Counted from the first letter of the stretch, positions 31,271 through 42,464 are shown. The stretch is 64,000 bases of DNA from Alphaproteobacteria bacterium (GCA_965261735.1 OZ253470.1:3552001-3616000), one strand, 5' to 3'. Notes: generated from the sequence alone by a model not told the origin. Numbers and translations: made by a program.

Positions 31271-33727
31271 TCACAGCCACTCACGCTCGCGGAATGCCAC
31301 AAGATCGACGCCGGGCGGCGCATACCAGCCGCCTGCCGCGTATCGGGCGCCGAGCTGGAGTGCAACCTCCTTGTTGCCGTAAGGAATTCGCAATGGCGTG
31401 CCCGTCTGCGGACCCGTTCGGGCGTCGCCGGGTTGTGCCACCCTTTCTGCGGCGCTTGCAGATTTCCCCGTCCGCGGTGTTTTTGTTCCCGCTTTCTTCC
31501 CCTTCGCCGTGGAGGCGCGCTTACCGGCCGCTGACGCCTTGCGGCCCTTTGCAGGCTTCGGTTGCCGGTTCGCATCGATCCACGCCGACATTTCAGCAGT
31601 GCAGACCCTGGCCTCGTCTGGAATAGCGACGTCCTTTTCCCGCGCGATCGCCTCGGCAAACGATACTTGCGCTGGACTCGGCGGTCTGGGGCCCGTTTCT
31701 CCCGTGGGTTTCCTATCTGCATCCTGGGCTGTTCGCTCTGGAGCATGCAAATCCAGGAACGCCCGGCAGATCGCGCCCGATTTCGTATATCCCGCCGGCG
31801 GCTTGATACCCTTGTGCCGGGCGATCGAAGCGGCAAATTTCTTCATCGCAGCCGTCGGTGGTTGCTCGCCGCCGTTTTCCCTACTGAGAGCCATTCCCAG
31901 TTCAATTGCCTCCCCGGCAACGGCGCCGTCCCCGAGGCTGCCGATGATTCGCCGGGCGGCATCGCACACCGCGTCGATCGCGCCCATCATCTCCTGTTTG
32001 CCGGTCACCACATCGTCGAGCAGGCATTCGAGTTCCGCCGTCACCCCTGGATCGACCAAGGCCGGATCGGCACGTTCGAGAACCCCGAACAGCGCCAGCC
32101 CGCGGTCGGTCGGTACGATGTTCTGTCTCTGGGCCGTCAGGAATCCCTGCTTCTTCAGCCCGCCGATGATTTCCGCCCGCGTTGCCGGCGTGCCGATCCC
32201 CTTGGCCTCCTTGAGGCGGCCCCGCAGGGTCTCGTCCTCGACGAAGCGCCAGGCATTCTGCATCGCCTCGATCAGCGTGCCTTCCTTGTAGCGCGGCGGC
32301 GGACGGGTCTCCTTGTCCTCGATCTCCAGACCGCGCAACCGTGCGGCTTCCTTGTCGCGGAAGGCGGGCAGGACCTGCGCTGCCTCGCCCTTTTCCTCGG
32401 CGGGCCGCCAATCGGGGAAGGCGTCGCGCCATCCAGCTTCAATGGGCTGACGCCCGGCTGCGCGGAACCCGAAGCCGCGAGCATCCAGCGTCACGGTCGT
32501 CTGCCGGTAGCGGTAATCGGGCATGACCGATGCGAGGTACGACCGCGCCACGGCGTCGAACAGCTTCTTCTCGTCGCCCGACAGGCGCGGCCAGATCTCG
32601 CCCAGATCGCCGATCGTGTTGACGTTGGGGATGACCGCGTGATGGCTAGCGCCTTCGAGCCCCTTATCATGGAAGCTGCCGTTCCGGCCCTCGCGGATCA
32701 CCGGTGGCGACGGTACGGAGACGGTGCCGTAGGATCTCCCCGCTTGCAGCCCGGCGACTATCTTCGGTACGTCCCCGATCGCACTCTCCGGCAGGTATCG
32801 CACCTCGGCGCGTGGATAGGTCAGGATCTTCTTGCCCGCGCCGTCATAGAGTTCCTGCGCGACCTCCAGGGTCTTGGAGGCCGGCCAGCCGAACCGGGCA
32901 CTGCAAAGCTTCTGCAGCGAAGGCAAATCGTGAAGCCTGGGCGGGCGTTGCCGCTTGTCCTCGACCCGCACGCCGAGCGGACCCTCGAAGTCCCGCGCCG
33001 CGGTTACGACCTTTTCTGCGTTCTCGCGCTTGAGGATGCGGTCTTTCGGTGCGTGCCGCATCCGGAACGTGCCGCCTTCGACATGGGCCGCGGCCACGAC
33101 CTCGAAGTAGGGGACCGGCACGAAGTCGCGGATTTCCAGTTCGCGCTTGCACGCGATCGCTAGGGTCGGTGTCTTGACCCGGCCCACACCGATCACGCCG
33201 CGCGCGCCCCGGCCAAGCGTGACGGTCGCGGTGCGGGTCAGCGACAGGTTGTAGATCTGATCGGCCTGCCGGCGCGCCACGGCGGCGGCGTAGAGGCGGG
33301 CATGGTCGCTGTTGGGCCGGGCGCGCCCGAACGCTTCGCGGATGGTCTGCGCGTCCTGCGCGGTGAACAGCACCCGCAAAACCTCGCCGCGATAGCCGCA
33401 ATGCTCGAGGATCTCCTGGCCGATGAGCTGTCCCTCACGGTCACAATCGGTGGCCAGCCAGACGCGTGTGGCGGTGCGCAACGCCGTGCCAATGGCCTTC
33501 AGTTTCGCGGCTTTGTTGCCGCCCGAGGCCGGTTTGGTGCCGTATAGCTCGTCGGGCCTCAGCAATACCGCCGACCAGCGTTTCCAGGCCGGGTTCACGT
33601 CCTCCGGCTCGCACAGATCGAGCAAGTGACCCTCGGCCGGAAGGACGGCGCCATAGCGGGACCCGACGGCGGCGCGGACATCCTTCGCCTGGCTGGATTT
33701 CTCTGTGATGACGATCTGATCGGTCAT
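31271..33727 (-). CDS. topB: Type IA DNA topoisomerase III, plasmid type, with long C-terminal extension
   Basis: VITEK and DCDREG TOPRIM, GRVKTPTL, catalytic TYPR, GIGTPATRA. Confidence 0.9.
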   Translation of the reverse strand: MTDQIVITEKSSQAKDVRAAVGSRYGAVLPAEGHLLDLCEPEDVNPAWKRWSAVLLRPDELYGTKPASGGNKAAKLKAIGTALRTATRVWLATDCDREGQLIGQEILEHCGYRGEVLRVLFTAQDAQTIREAFGRARPNSDHARLYAAAVARRQADQIYNLSLTRTATVTLGRGARGVIGVGRVKTPTLAIACKRELEIRDFVPVPYFEVVAAAHVEGGTFRMRHAPKDRILKRENAEKVVTAARDFEGPLGVRVEDKRQRPPRLHDLPSLQKLCSARFGWPASKTLEVAQELYDGAGKKILTYPRAEVRYLPESAIGDVPKIVAGLQAGRSYGTVSVPSPPVIREGRNGSFHDKGLEGASHHAVIPNVNTIGDLGEIWPRLSGDEKKLFDAVARSYLASVMPDYRYRQTTVTLDARGFGFRAAGRQPIEAGWRDAFPDWRPAEEKGEAAQVLPAFRDKEAARLRGLEIEDKETRPPPRYKEGTLIEAMQNAWRFVEDETLRGRLKEAKGIGTPATRAEIIGGLKKQGFLTAQRQNIVPTDRGLALFGVLERADPALVDPGVTAELECLLDDVVTGKQEMMGAIDAVCDAARRIIGSLGDGAVAGEAIELGMALSRENGGEQPPTAAMKKFAASIARHKGIKPPAGYTKSGAICRAFLDLHAPERTAQDADRKPTGETGPRPPSPAQVSFAEAIAREKDVAIPDEARVCTAEMSAWIDANRQPKPAKGRKASAAGKRASTAKGKKAGTKTPRTGKSASAAERVAQPGDARTGPQTGTPLRIPYGNKEVALQLGARYAAGGWYAPPGVDLVAFREREWL

Positions 33728-33844
33728 GGCAAACCGTCCGGGAGTATTCTGCGCCGACGAGGCTGGATGAACATAAAGTGAACATCCAGACACGGCAAGC
33801 CGATCATCGTCGGTAATGCCGAACCGGTTCCGAAGGTCCCTCGC

Positions 33845-35683
33845 TCATCCCGCATCGGCCAGGGCGCTGTCGATGGCGGCGAGAAACGGCGTTGCAAACG
33901 CCTTCAGCTTGGCCGCGCCGACGCCGTTGACCTCAGCGAACTCCTCTTCGGTGCGCGGGCGGCGGCGCGCCATGTCGATCAGCGAGCGGTCCGGGAACAC
34001 GATATAGGCCGGCACGCCGCGCGCCCTGGCGAGTTCCAGCCGCAGGGCCTTCAGCACATCCAGCAGCGCCGCCTGACTATCGTTCAGCGGATGTTCCGAT
34101 TGTTTCTTGCGGGTTTCGCGCGGCGCGGCGGACGGCCGTGCAACCACCGTCTCCCCGCGGTAGAGGAATACGCCTTCGCCCCGCAGCAGCGCGCGGCCCT
34201 TGCCGGTGATCGCAAGCCCGCCATAGCCCGCGATGTCGAGCCGCAGGAACCCGGTCGCCACCATCTGGCGGATCAGCGAGCGCCACTCGTTCTTGCCGCG
34301 TGCCGCGCCAACTCCGAAAGTCGGTAGCCGGTGATGGCCGGTCCGCGTGATCTTTTCAGTCTGCGCCCCACACAGGATATCGATCACATGCGCCGCGCCG
34401 AACCGTTCGCCCGAGCGGTGGACTGCCGACAGGATCTTTTGCGCATCTTCGGTCCCGTCGGCACGCTCGGCCGGGTCGAGACAGGCATCGCAATTGCCGC
34501 AGGCCTCGATTTCCTCTCCGAAGTAATCCAGCAGGGCCACCCGCCGGCAGGCCGGCGCCTCGCAATACCCGAGCAAGGCGTCGAGCCGTTTGTGCTCGCG
34601 GCGCTTGCGCTCAATGCCCGCATCCTCGTCCTCGATGAACACCCGGCGCATGCGGATGTCGGCCAGGCCATAGACCATATGGGCTTCCGCGGGTGCACCG
34701 TCGCGTCCCGCCCGGCCGATCTCCTGGTAATAGGCCTCGATGTTGCCGGGTAGGTCGGTGTGAAAGACATAACGCACGTCCGCCTTGTCGATCCCCATGC
34801 CGAAGGCGATGGTGGCGACGATGACCACCCCCGGATCGGTCATGAAGATATTCTGGTGCGCCTCCCGTTCCTCCTTCTCCATGCCCGCGTGATAGGGAAG
34901 CGCCCGTATACCGTCCGCCGTCAGCAGGGCGGCGGTTTCTTCCGTCTTCTTGCGCGACAGGCAATAGACGATGCCGCTCTCGCCTTCATGGCGTGCAATA
35001 AAGTCCCGCAACTGGCGCTTCCAGTCGCGTTTCATCTCCACCGACAGCTTGATGTTCGGACGGTCGAAGCCGAGGACGAAGGACTCCACCGAGCCCCCGA
35101 ACAGCCGCTCTGCGATGTCCTCGCGGGTCACTTCATCGGCGGTCGCCGTCAGCGCGGCGATTGGAACCCCGGGGAACAGATCCCGCAATCTGCACAGGTC
35201 TTCGTATTCCGGCCTGAAGGCCGGTCCCCATTGCGAGATGCAATGCGCCTCGTCGATGGCGAACAGCTTCACCGGCAATCGTGCCAGTGAGGCCAGCATC
35301 GGCTCGGTCATCAGACGTTCGGGCGCCATGTAGAGTAGCCGCGTCTCGCCTGCCGCGACCCGGCGCCAGGCGGCTATGTTGTCGGCACGCTCATTTGCGG
35401 AATTGATGCTGTCGGCCGCGACGCCGGCAAGCCGTAGGGCGGCGACCTGGTCCTGCATCAGCGCGACCAGCGGAGACACCACGACAGTGAGCCCATCCGT
35501 GATCAGAGCGGGAATCTGAAAACACAGCGACTTGCCCGATCCCGTTGGCATCACGGTGAGCACGTTGCGTCCGGCCAGGAGCGCCTCGATGGCCGCTTCC
35601 TGGCCCGGGCGGAACCCGTCGAACCCAAATACACCCCTCAGCACTTGGCGTGCGGCGGCTGTCTGCTCCTCCAACGTGCGCAT
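33845..35683 (-). CDS. recQ: ATP-dependent DNA helicase RecQ
   Basis: MPTGSGKS, DEAHCISQWG, QEIGRAGRDG, CRR..CGNCD zinc site, RQC and HRDC domains. Confidence 0.96.
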   Translation of the reverse strand: MRTLEEQTAAARQVLRGVFGFDGFRPGQEAAIEALLAGRNVLTVMPTGSGKSLCFQIPALITDGLTVVVSPLVALMQDQVAALRLAGVAADSINSANERADNIAAWRRVAAGETRLLYMAPERLMTEPMLASLARLPVKLFAIDEAHCISQWGPAFRPEYEDLCRLRDLFPGVPIAALTATADEVTREDIAERLFGGSVESFVLGFDRPNIKLSVEMKRDWKRQLRDFIARHEGESGIVYCLSRKKTEETAALLTADGIRALPYHAGMEKEEREAHQNIFMTDPGVVIVATIAFGMGIDKADVRYVFHTDLPGNIEAYYQEIGRAGRDGAPAEAHMVYGLADIRMRRVFIEDEDAGIERKRREHKRLDALLGYCEAPACRRVALLDYFGEEIEACGNCDACLDPAERADGTEDAQKILSAVHRSGERFGAAHVIDILCGAQTEKITRTGHHRLPTFGVGAARGKNEWRSLIRQMVATGFLRLDIAGYGGLAITGKGRALLRGEGVFLYRGETVVARPSAAPRETRKKQSEHPLNDSQAALLDVLKALRLELARARGVPAYIVFPDRSLIDMARRRPRTEEEFAEVNGVGAAKLKAFATPFLAAIDSALADAG

Positions 35684-35715
35684 CAGTGCCGAAACTGGGA
35701 GATGTTAACCAGAGA

Positions 35716-36000
35716 TCAGGCGCCCGCCACCCTCTTCAACGCGGCCGCCGGTCGGAATTTCAGAACCTTGGAGGCCTTGATCCGGATCGCTTCGCCCGTT
35801 TGCGGATTGCGGCCCTTGCGCGCCGGACGCCTGGTGATGGTAAAGGTGCCGAAGTTGCCGATGGTGTAGCGGCCTTCCTTCTTCGACTTCTTCAGCCCAG
35901 CCTCGACCTCGCCCAAGACCAGGTCGACCGTGCGCTTGGCCTCGGCCTTGCTCATGTTGCCCTTCCTGGCGACATTCTCGATGAATGCGGCTCTGCTCAT
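35716..36000 (-). CDS. HU-family DNA-binding protein
   Basis: FGTF..RPARKGRNPQTGEAIRI..FRP. Confidence 0.95.
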   Translation of the reverse strand: MSRAAFIENVARKGNMSKAEAKRTVDLVLGEVEAGLKKSKKEGRYTIGNFGTFTITRRPARKGRNPQTGEAIRIKASKVLKFRPAAALKRVAGA

Positions 36001-36230
36001 GATGTGTGGCCTCTGTTGTTCCCCGAACCGAAACAGTCTCCTAAGGCCACTACATATAGTGCCCTTTTACCCATGTGTATACTACAGGCGGCTCCAAAGG
36101 CCCTGTTTTAAAGGACTTCGTTGTGGGCAGGCGTTGAAAGCCATCAATGCGGTGGCTTGAGCGTGTTGCCATTCCGCGCGTATGCAGTTGACGCCGGTCG
36201 TGTGGTACACGCGGGTGCCTCGGCGATCGC

Positions 36231-37664
36231 GGTCGTGTCCCAGGACGTGGTGTAGGAGTTGTTGGAGCCTCTGGTAGCTGTGGGTAGGCGGCTTGCCGTA
36301 GCGACCGCCGAGAGTCTGGCGTAGGCAAGCCGGCTATCCACAGCGGAGGCCATCGCGGTTCCGGTTTAGGGTTGGGCTAGTGCAAACCAACCTGACCCGA
36401 AGGAGAACCACGATGACCCAGGACATGATGACCCTGCGCGCGCTTTTGGAGAAGAGCTCCGATGCCGATCTGCTTTGCGAGATGATCGGCTTCACGGCCG
36501 AGCGGCTGATGGCACTGGAGGTTGAGGGCCTGACCGGCGCCGGGCACGGCGAGCGCTCGGCGGATCGTATCACCCATCGCAACGGCTACCGCGACCGGTC
36601 CTGGGAGACGCGGGCCGGCACGGTCGAGCTGAAGATCCCGAAGCTGAGGAAGGGAAGCTACTTCCCGGGCTTCCTGGAGCCGCGGCGGATGGCCGAGAAG
36701 GCGCTGGCTGCGGTGATCCAGGAGGCCTACATCCAGGGGGTGTCGACCCGCTCGGTTGACGATCTGGTTCAGGCGATGGGGATGTCGGGCGCCTCCAAGA
36801 GCCAGGTCTCCAGGCTGTGCGGCGAGATCGACGATAAGGTCAACGGCTTCCTCGATCGACCGCTGGAGGGCGACTGGCCCTATCTGTGGCTCGACGCCAC
36901 CTACGTGAAGGTGCGCCAGACCGGACGCATCGTCTCGGTCGCGGTGACCGTGGCTGTGGCCGTCAACGACCAAGGCCGCCGCGAGGTCCTGGGCGTGGCG
37001 ATCGGCGCGTCGGAGGCCGAGACCTTCTGGACCGAGTTCCTGCGCTCGCTGGCCCGGCGCGGGCTGCGCGGCGTGAAGCTGGTGATCTCCGACGCCCACA
37101 AGGGCCTGAAGGCCGCCGCGACCCGGATCCTCGGCGCCACATGGCAGCGCTGCCGCGTGCACTTCGCCCGCAACCTGCTGGCCCATGCCGGCCGCCAGGG
37201 CCGGCGCGTCGTCTCCGCCTTCGCCCAGGAGGACGCCGACAGCGCGAAGGTCCAGTGGCGCCAGGTCGCCGACCAGCTCAGGCCCAAGGTGCCCAAGCTG
37301 GCAGTTCTCATGGACGAAGCCGAGCACGACGTCCTCGCCTACATGAGCTTCCCCAGGGAGCACCGCCAGAAATTGCACTCCACAAACCCGATCGAACGGC
37401 TCCATGCCGAGGTCAAGCGTCGCACCAACGTCGTCGGTATCTTTCCCAACGAAGCCGCCATCACACGGCTCGTCGGCGCCATCCTTCTCGAGCAGAACGA
37501 CGAGTGGGCCGTCTCAAGGAGATACATGACGCTGGAATCCATCGCTCCGCTGAGCGATGGTGTCCCCATCACGCTGCCCACCGTGGCAGCCTGAACGTCC
37601 CGGCCCTACCCGCCGGGAGCCGCGTAGAGCGCAACGCTCTTACACCACTCCGCGGGACACGATC
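36231..37664 (+). mobile_element. IS256 type B copy 3 (15-bp in-frame deletion variant; transposase 36413-37594)
   Basis: TSD GCGATCGC at 36223-36230 and 37665-37672; protein reads VVSAFAQ instead of [12 protein letters not shown]. Confidence 0.95.
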
Positions 37665-37773
37665 GCGATCGCATGCGCTGTTGCTCGTGAACTGTTGCAT
37701 AACAGTGGTAATTGGTTGTACCGAAGCCACGCCACGCTGCAGTGAGAGAGGCCGGAAATGAGAGGTTCAGGAA

Positions 37774-38051
37774 ATGGCTATCGATGAAACTGGGCTCACC
37801 AAGGGTCGGGTAAGAAAATTAAACGCGCTTCGGAAATCTGTCGGTGACGACCTCGCCGAAGAAGTTTTCGCAAAGTGGTTGGAGCGCCAATCTGCTTCAC
37901 AAGCCAAAGACAAACTCGATCCCGTGGCGGTGAAGATCGTCGTGGCTCTCGCAGGCCTTGAGAATGACCCGAAATTCAATCTCGGCAATCAGGGTTACAC
38001 ACTGTGCCGCGCCAAAGGCAAGGGCGCGTCGGGCTTCATCGCATACAAGAA
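37774..38051 (+). CDS. Small hypothetical protein whose 3' end is cut by IS1595 type B (in-frame read-through into the transposase)
   Basis: AGGA RBS; MAIDETGLTKGRVRKLNALRKS..GFIAYKN then the IR. Confidence 0.65.
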
Positions 38052-38112
38052 CGCGATTATCAACTTGACACGTCACGCCTCAATCCCCATATGCAGGGGA
38101 CAGGAGGAAATA

Positions 38113-38967
38113 ATGACGACTTTCTACGATTTTCAGCAGCAGTTTCCCGATGACGAGGCGTGCCTTCACCACATAATGGTGAAGCGTTACGGCGGCACCG
38201 AGATTGACTGCCCGAAGTGCGGGGCGCATGGGAAGTTCTACCGCCTGGCACGTGATCGCGCGTATCTCTGCCAGCACTGCAAACACCACATTTATCCGTG
38301 CGCAGGCACATTCATGCACCGCACGCATCTGCCGCTTCACAAGTGGTTCTACGCCATAGTCCTGTTCACCACATCGCGCCACGGCGTCCCCGCGAAGGAA
38401 CTGGAGCGCCAACTTGACGTGTCCTATCCCACGGCTTGGCGCATGGGCCATTTGATCCGCAAGCACATGGCTAATACTGACGGAGAGTGGCCGCTGGACG
38501 GCGATATTGAAGCCGACGAGACCTATGTTGGTGGCCGTACGACCGGTGGCAAGCGCGGTCGCGGCGCTCTGAACAAGACCGTGGTGTTCGGGATGCTGGA
38601 GCGCGACGGCGACGTGATGGCGAACGTTGTCCCGAACGTTCGAAAGCGGACTTTGCAGGCGTTTATCTCCGAGAACGTCGAGCCGGGTAGCACCGTTCAT
38701 ACTGACGAACTCAAGTCTTACAGCGGATTGGCGACGATTGGGTATACGCACCAGACCGTCAACCACAGCGCGGGCCAGTACGCGCGCAGCTCTAGCCATG
38801 TGAACTCGATTGAGGGCTTTTGGGCGCGGTTGAAGCTGTCGATTCGCGGGACGCACGTTCATGTGTCCGGGAAGCACCTTCAGAAGTATGTGAAGGAGTT
38901 TGAGTATCGCTATAACCGCCGGAAGCGGCCTGGAACGATGTTTGGCGATCTGGTGGCCCGCTTCTAA
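38113..38967 (+). CDS. IS1595-family transposase
   Basis: AGGAGG RBS; CPKC..CQHC zinc ribbon, EADETYVGG, VHTDE, NSIEGFW, YVKEFEYRYN. Confidence 0.93.
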   Translation: MTTFYDFQQQFPDDEACLHHIMVKRYGGTEIDCPKCGAHGKFYRLARDRAYLCQHCKHHIYPCAGTFMHRTHLPLHKWFYAIVLFTTSRHGVPAKELERQLDVSYPTAWRMGHLIRKHMANTDGEWPLDGDIEADETYVGGRTTGGKRGRGALNKTVVFGMLERDGDVMANVVPNVRKRTLQAFISENVEPGSTVHTDELKSYSGLATIGYTHQTVNHSAGQYARSSSHVNSIEGFWARLKLSIRGTHVHVSGKHLQKYVKEFEYRYNRRKRPGTMFGDLVARF

Positions 38968-39029
38968 GCATCCGGTCCAAGAGCGCATCGAAGCGTTGCC
39001 ATGCGATCTCGGGCGGATAGGCATTGTCT

Positions 39030-39545
39030 TTATTCACCGCCCGCCTCCGATTGCATCTTTCCCCATAGGCGCCGAGCGCCGCGTATGTTCCGAACTCTCG
39101 CTTCAGCACCAAGGCGGACGAGAAATCTGTGCCAGCCCGCAGTGATCCCCTTCCCTGTCACAGGTGGATGGGGAATACGTAATCCGTCTAAAGCTCTCGC
39201 TAGTTTGCGAACGTTTTCCTCATCACGCCCTTCTATTTCTACCTGCCCAATTCGGCCGGGGTTCACATACCATTCAAGACTGACCCGCACGCTGGTGAAT
39301 TCATCGGTCATACCTCCCAAGCGATTGGATGGGCGGAAAAGCTGGTGCAGATGCCAGCTCATATAAATGAACGCCACACTGAACATGGCAGTGAAGGCGG
39401 CATATTCCGGTGTGCTCAACTCCTTCAAGCCTCCGCCCCAAATCCATGAGACGACGCTCCATACGAGACCTCCGAAGAACAACAACCAGCCCAGAAGCCG
39501 CACCACGTACAGGGCCTTGCCCAGGAGAATCTTGCTCTGGTCCAT
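39030..39545 (-). CDS. Passenger membrane protein (two predicted TM helices)
   Basis: 171-aa ORF wholly inside the IRs, hydrophobic N-terminal segments. Confidence 0.6.
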   Translation of the reverse strand: MDQSKILLGKALYVVRLLGWLLFFGGLVWSVVSWIWGGGLKELSTPEYAAFTAMFSVAFIYMSWHLHQLFRPSNRLGGMTDEFTSVRVSLEWYVNPGRIGQVEIEGRDEENVRKLARALDGLRIPHPPVTGKGITAGWHRFLVRLGAEARVRNIRGARRLWGKMQSEAGGE

Positions 39546-39592
39546 GCCCGAAGCGTACTCGCCCGCCGTGACGTGTCAAGTTGATAATCGCG

Positions 39593-39936
39593 TTCGCAAT
39601 TGGGATGCTGGCCGGTTCTATGATTCGCTTCTCGGGGATATCGGAGCGAAGCGGACAAGGGAAGCAGAAACTTTCATCCGGTGGGAGGCCCCATCGGGTG
39701 AAACGACATTCTGCGTAGCCAAGCCCTATGATGGAGACTCGGCTACTGTAGGCAACGGCACAATGATTGCGCTCAAAGTCGAAAGCGAAGAGCAGGTGAA
39801 TGCACTACATGCCAAGGCTCTTGAGCTCGGGGGGAAGGACGAGGGGGCACCCGGCCCGCGTGGCACTAGCGGATTCTACGGCGGGTATTTCAGGGACCTG
39901 GATGGAAACAAGCTGGCTTTCTACATCATGAAATAG
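39593..39936 (+). pseudogene. VOC family protein, N-terminus removed
   Basis: Paralog of 14191-14562 (ATVGNGTMIAL, YFRDLDGNKL) beginning at the IS end. Confidence 0.82.
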
Positions 39937-39959
39937 GGGTTGTGGGAGACCTCGCTCGG

Positions 39960-40229
39960 TGGCTCAAACCGTTTTTCTCTGACAACGCCGCTGCTGCCGC
40001 TACTGATCGAAGCGGTCCCGGGGAAAAGAGAACACGAAAACCAGCGGCTCCGCGCCGGTGCGCCGGAAGGCGTGCCGGGCCGTGGGCGGGATATAGACCG
40101 CGCACGGCCCGACCGTCGTTGTCGGCCGTCGATCTCCATCTGCCCGCGACCGTTGACGATGCAATAGGTCTCCTCGGGCTCGTGGTGATGAAGCAGGAGC
40201 CGTGCTTCAGGCGGGATTTCCGCGCACAA
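39960..40229 (-). pseudogene. Cupin-domain fragment
   Basis: AEIPP..LHHHEPEETYCIVNGRGQMEIDG; frameshifted and 5' truncated. Confidence 0.65.
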
Positions 40230-40231
40230 AG

Positions 40232-42071
40232 AACTGGGCGTCTTATCTGGTCGCCAGTCAGACGCCCGGCATGTCCGCCGTGCAGTTTCAGCGGCAACTT
40301 GGTCTTTCGCGCTACGAGACGGCCTTTCAAATTCTCCACAAGCTCCGCTCGGGCATGGTGCGGCCCAACCAAGACAGGATCGGTGGACAGCCCAAGAACC
40401 ATGTTGAGGTGGACGAAACCTGGGTTGGCGGGCGAACGCGTGGGGAAGGCCGTGGTGTTCACCACAAGGTTCCCGTCTCCTGTGCCATCGAGGTGCGTCA
40501 TCGAAAGCCGGGCACCAAGCTCGACAACCGGAAAGACGGACGCTATGCCGGACGCGTTCGGCTCGCCGTCGTGCTCGACCGTAGCGCCGAGTCGCTCTGT
40601 GGGTTCGTCGAGAGCACCGTCGCGCCGCGATCGCTGATCGTTACTGACGATTGGAGCGGCTATGCTTGCCTATCCGGTTAACGCCCATGACCGCTACATG
40701 TAGGGTGCCGCCACTCTCCCGAGTAAAGCTCGGCATAGGTTGGAGCAGAGGTGTCGCCCGCGATGCCGAGCAATGAGCGGAAGGCGTTGAACGGGTAGAA
40801 CCGCCTGTTGAAGCGGAAGGTGAACTCGTTGAGGTAGGCTTGTAGGTGCTGGTGGCTAACGCCGTGGGTGGATACCGATCAGCCACGTCTTCAGGTTGGC
40901 GAAAACCAGATGGATGATCGGCAGGTATTGCTCGGCAACCTCTGGATCACCACACTCGGCAACAGCGAAGTGCTCATAGCCGCGCTTACCGAGGCCAGCA
41001 TAGCCGCTCCAATCGTCAGTAACGGTCAGCGATCGCGGCGCGACGGTGCTCTCGACGAACCCACAGAGCGACTCGGCGCTACGGTCGAGCACGACGGCGA
41101 GCCGAACGCGTCCGGCATAGCGTCCGTCTTTCCGGTTGTCGAGCTTGGTGCCCGGCTTTCGATGACGCACCTCGATGGCACAGGAGACGGGAACCTTGTG
41201 GTGAACACCACGGCCTTCCCCACGCGTTCGCCCGCCAACCCAGGTTTCGTCCACCTCAACATGGTTCTTGGGCTGTCCACCGATCCTGTCTTGGTTGGGC
41301 CGCACCATGCCCGAGCGGAGCTTGTGGAGAATTTGAAAGGCCGTCTCGTAGCGCGAAAGACCAAGTTGCCGCTGAAACTGCACGGCGGACATGCCGGGCG
41401 TCTGACTGGCGACCAGATAAGCGGCCCAGAACCAGACGTTCAGCGGAGTGTGGCTACGCTCCATCACTGTTCCCACCGTCAGCCCGGTGTTCTGGCGGCA
41501 CTTGCGGCAGCGCAGGACGCCAGGGCGGTTTTCAAAGTGGAACGGCTCTCCCGCCGTGCCGCAGTGCGGGCAGGCAAAGCCGTCTCCCCAGCGGGCTTTC
41601 TCCAGGTAGGCGGCGCAGGCCGCATCATCGGGGAAAAGTCGCTGGAACTCGGGTAGCGAATGCGGGAATGGGAGATCGGCGCGGTCGAGAACATCCATGG
41701 CGCGCTCCCCTATATCCGGGTTGAGGCAAGCGGCTATGCTGGCCTCGGTAAGCGCGGCTATGAGCACTTCGCTGTTGCCGAGTGTGGTGATCCAGAGGTT
41801 GCCGAGCAATACCTGCCGATCATCCATCTGGTTTTCGCCAACCTGAAGACGTGGCTGATCGGTATCCACCACGGCGTTAGCCACCAGCACCTACAAGCCT
41901 ACCTCAACGAGTTCACCTTCCGCTTCAACAGGCGGTTCTACCCGTTCAACGCCTTCCGCTCATTGCTCGGCATCGCGGGCGACACCTCTGCTCCAACCTA
42001 TGCCGAGCTTTACTCGGGAGAGTGGCGGCACCCTACATGTAGCGGTCATGGGCGTTAACCGGATAGGCAAG
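40232..42071 (+). mobile_element. IS1595 type A, 5'-truncated outer copy interrupted by an inverted copy of itself
   Basis: 40232-40664 and 41731-42071 join into a continuous element ending at IR AACCGGATAGGCAAG. Confidence 0.9.
40665..41730 (-). mobile_element. IS1595 type A inner copy (frameshifted, deletion in left end)
   Basis: 8-bp TSD CGGCTATG at 40657-40664 and 41731-41738; left IR reduced to AGGCAAG. Confidence 0.9.
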
Positions 42072-42114
42072 GAATGGACTTATGGGTCTAGAAGTCGCTT
42101 GAAAGGAGCTACCC

Positions 42115-42282
42115 ATGGCCAAGAAGCTGGACGTAGTGATCCCGCCGACAGACAAAACGGCGGAGGAAGTCGCAAAGGCGCTGTTCAAGCTCTCTCCGAG
42201 AGCGACCAAGCCATACAAAGCCACGGCGGCCTCGGCCTCACCTGATCGAGACGAAAGGGGCCGCCCCCGTTCAGAATCGTAG
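42115..42282 (+). CDS. Small hypothetical protein (55 aa)
   Basis: AAGGAG RBS; MAKKLDVVIPPTDKTAEEVAKALF; below the ORF-track cut-off. Confidence 0.5.
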   Translation: MAKKLDVVIPPTDKTAEEVAKALFKLSPRATKPYKATAASASPDRDERGRPRSES

Positions 42283-42464
42283 GGGAGCGCGCTAGCCGCT
42301 TCGGTTTGGCCTGTGACCACCCGCAGCGGTGGCCACGCCTTCTCCAACGCCTTCCGCCAAGCCGTTCGCTGCATCGCAGCCAGCCTGGGGATCGGGCTCG
42401 TTCCTGGCCTGCTCCATACCGGCCTTGGCGATGATGCGGAGCGCCTTGGCTTCACGGGGCACGC

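Larger units (their letters stand above)
38052..39592 (+). mobile_element. IS1595-family element type B carrying passenger gene(s)
   Basis: Perfect IRs CGCGATTATCAACTTGACACGTCACG at 38052-38077 and 39567-39592; no TSD. Confidence 0.88.
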
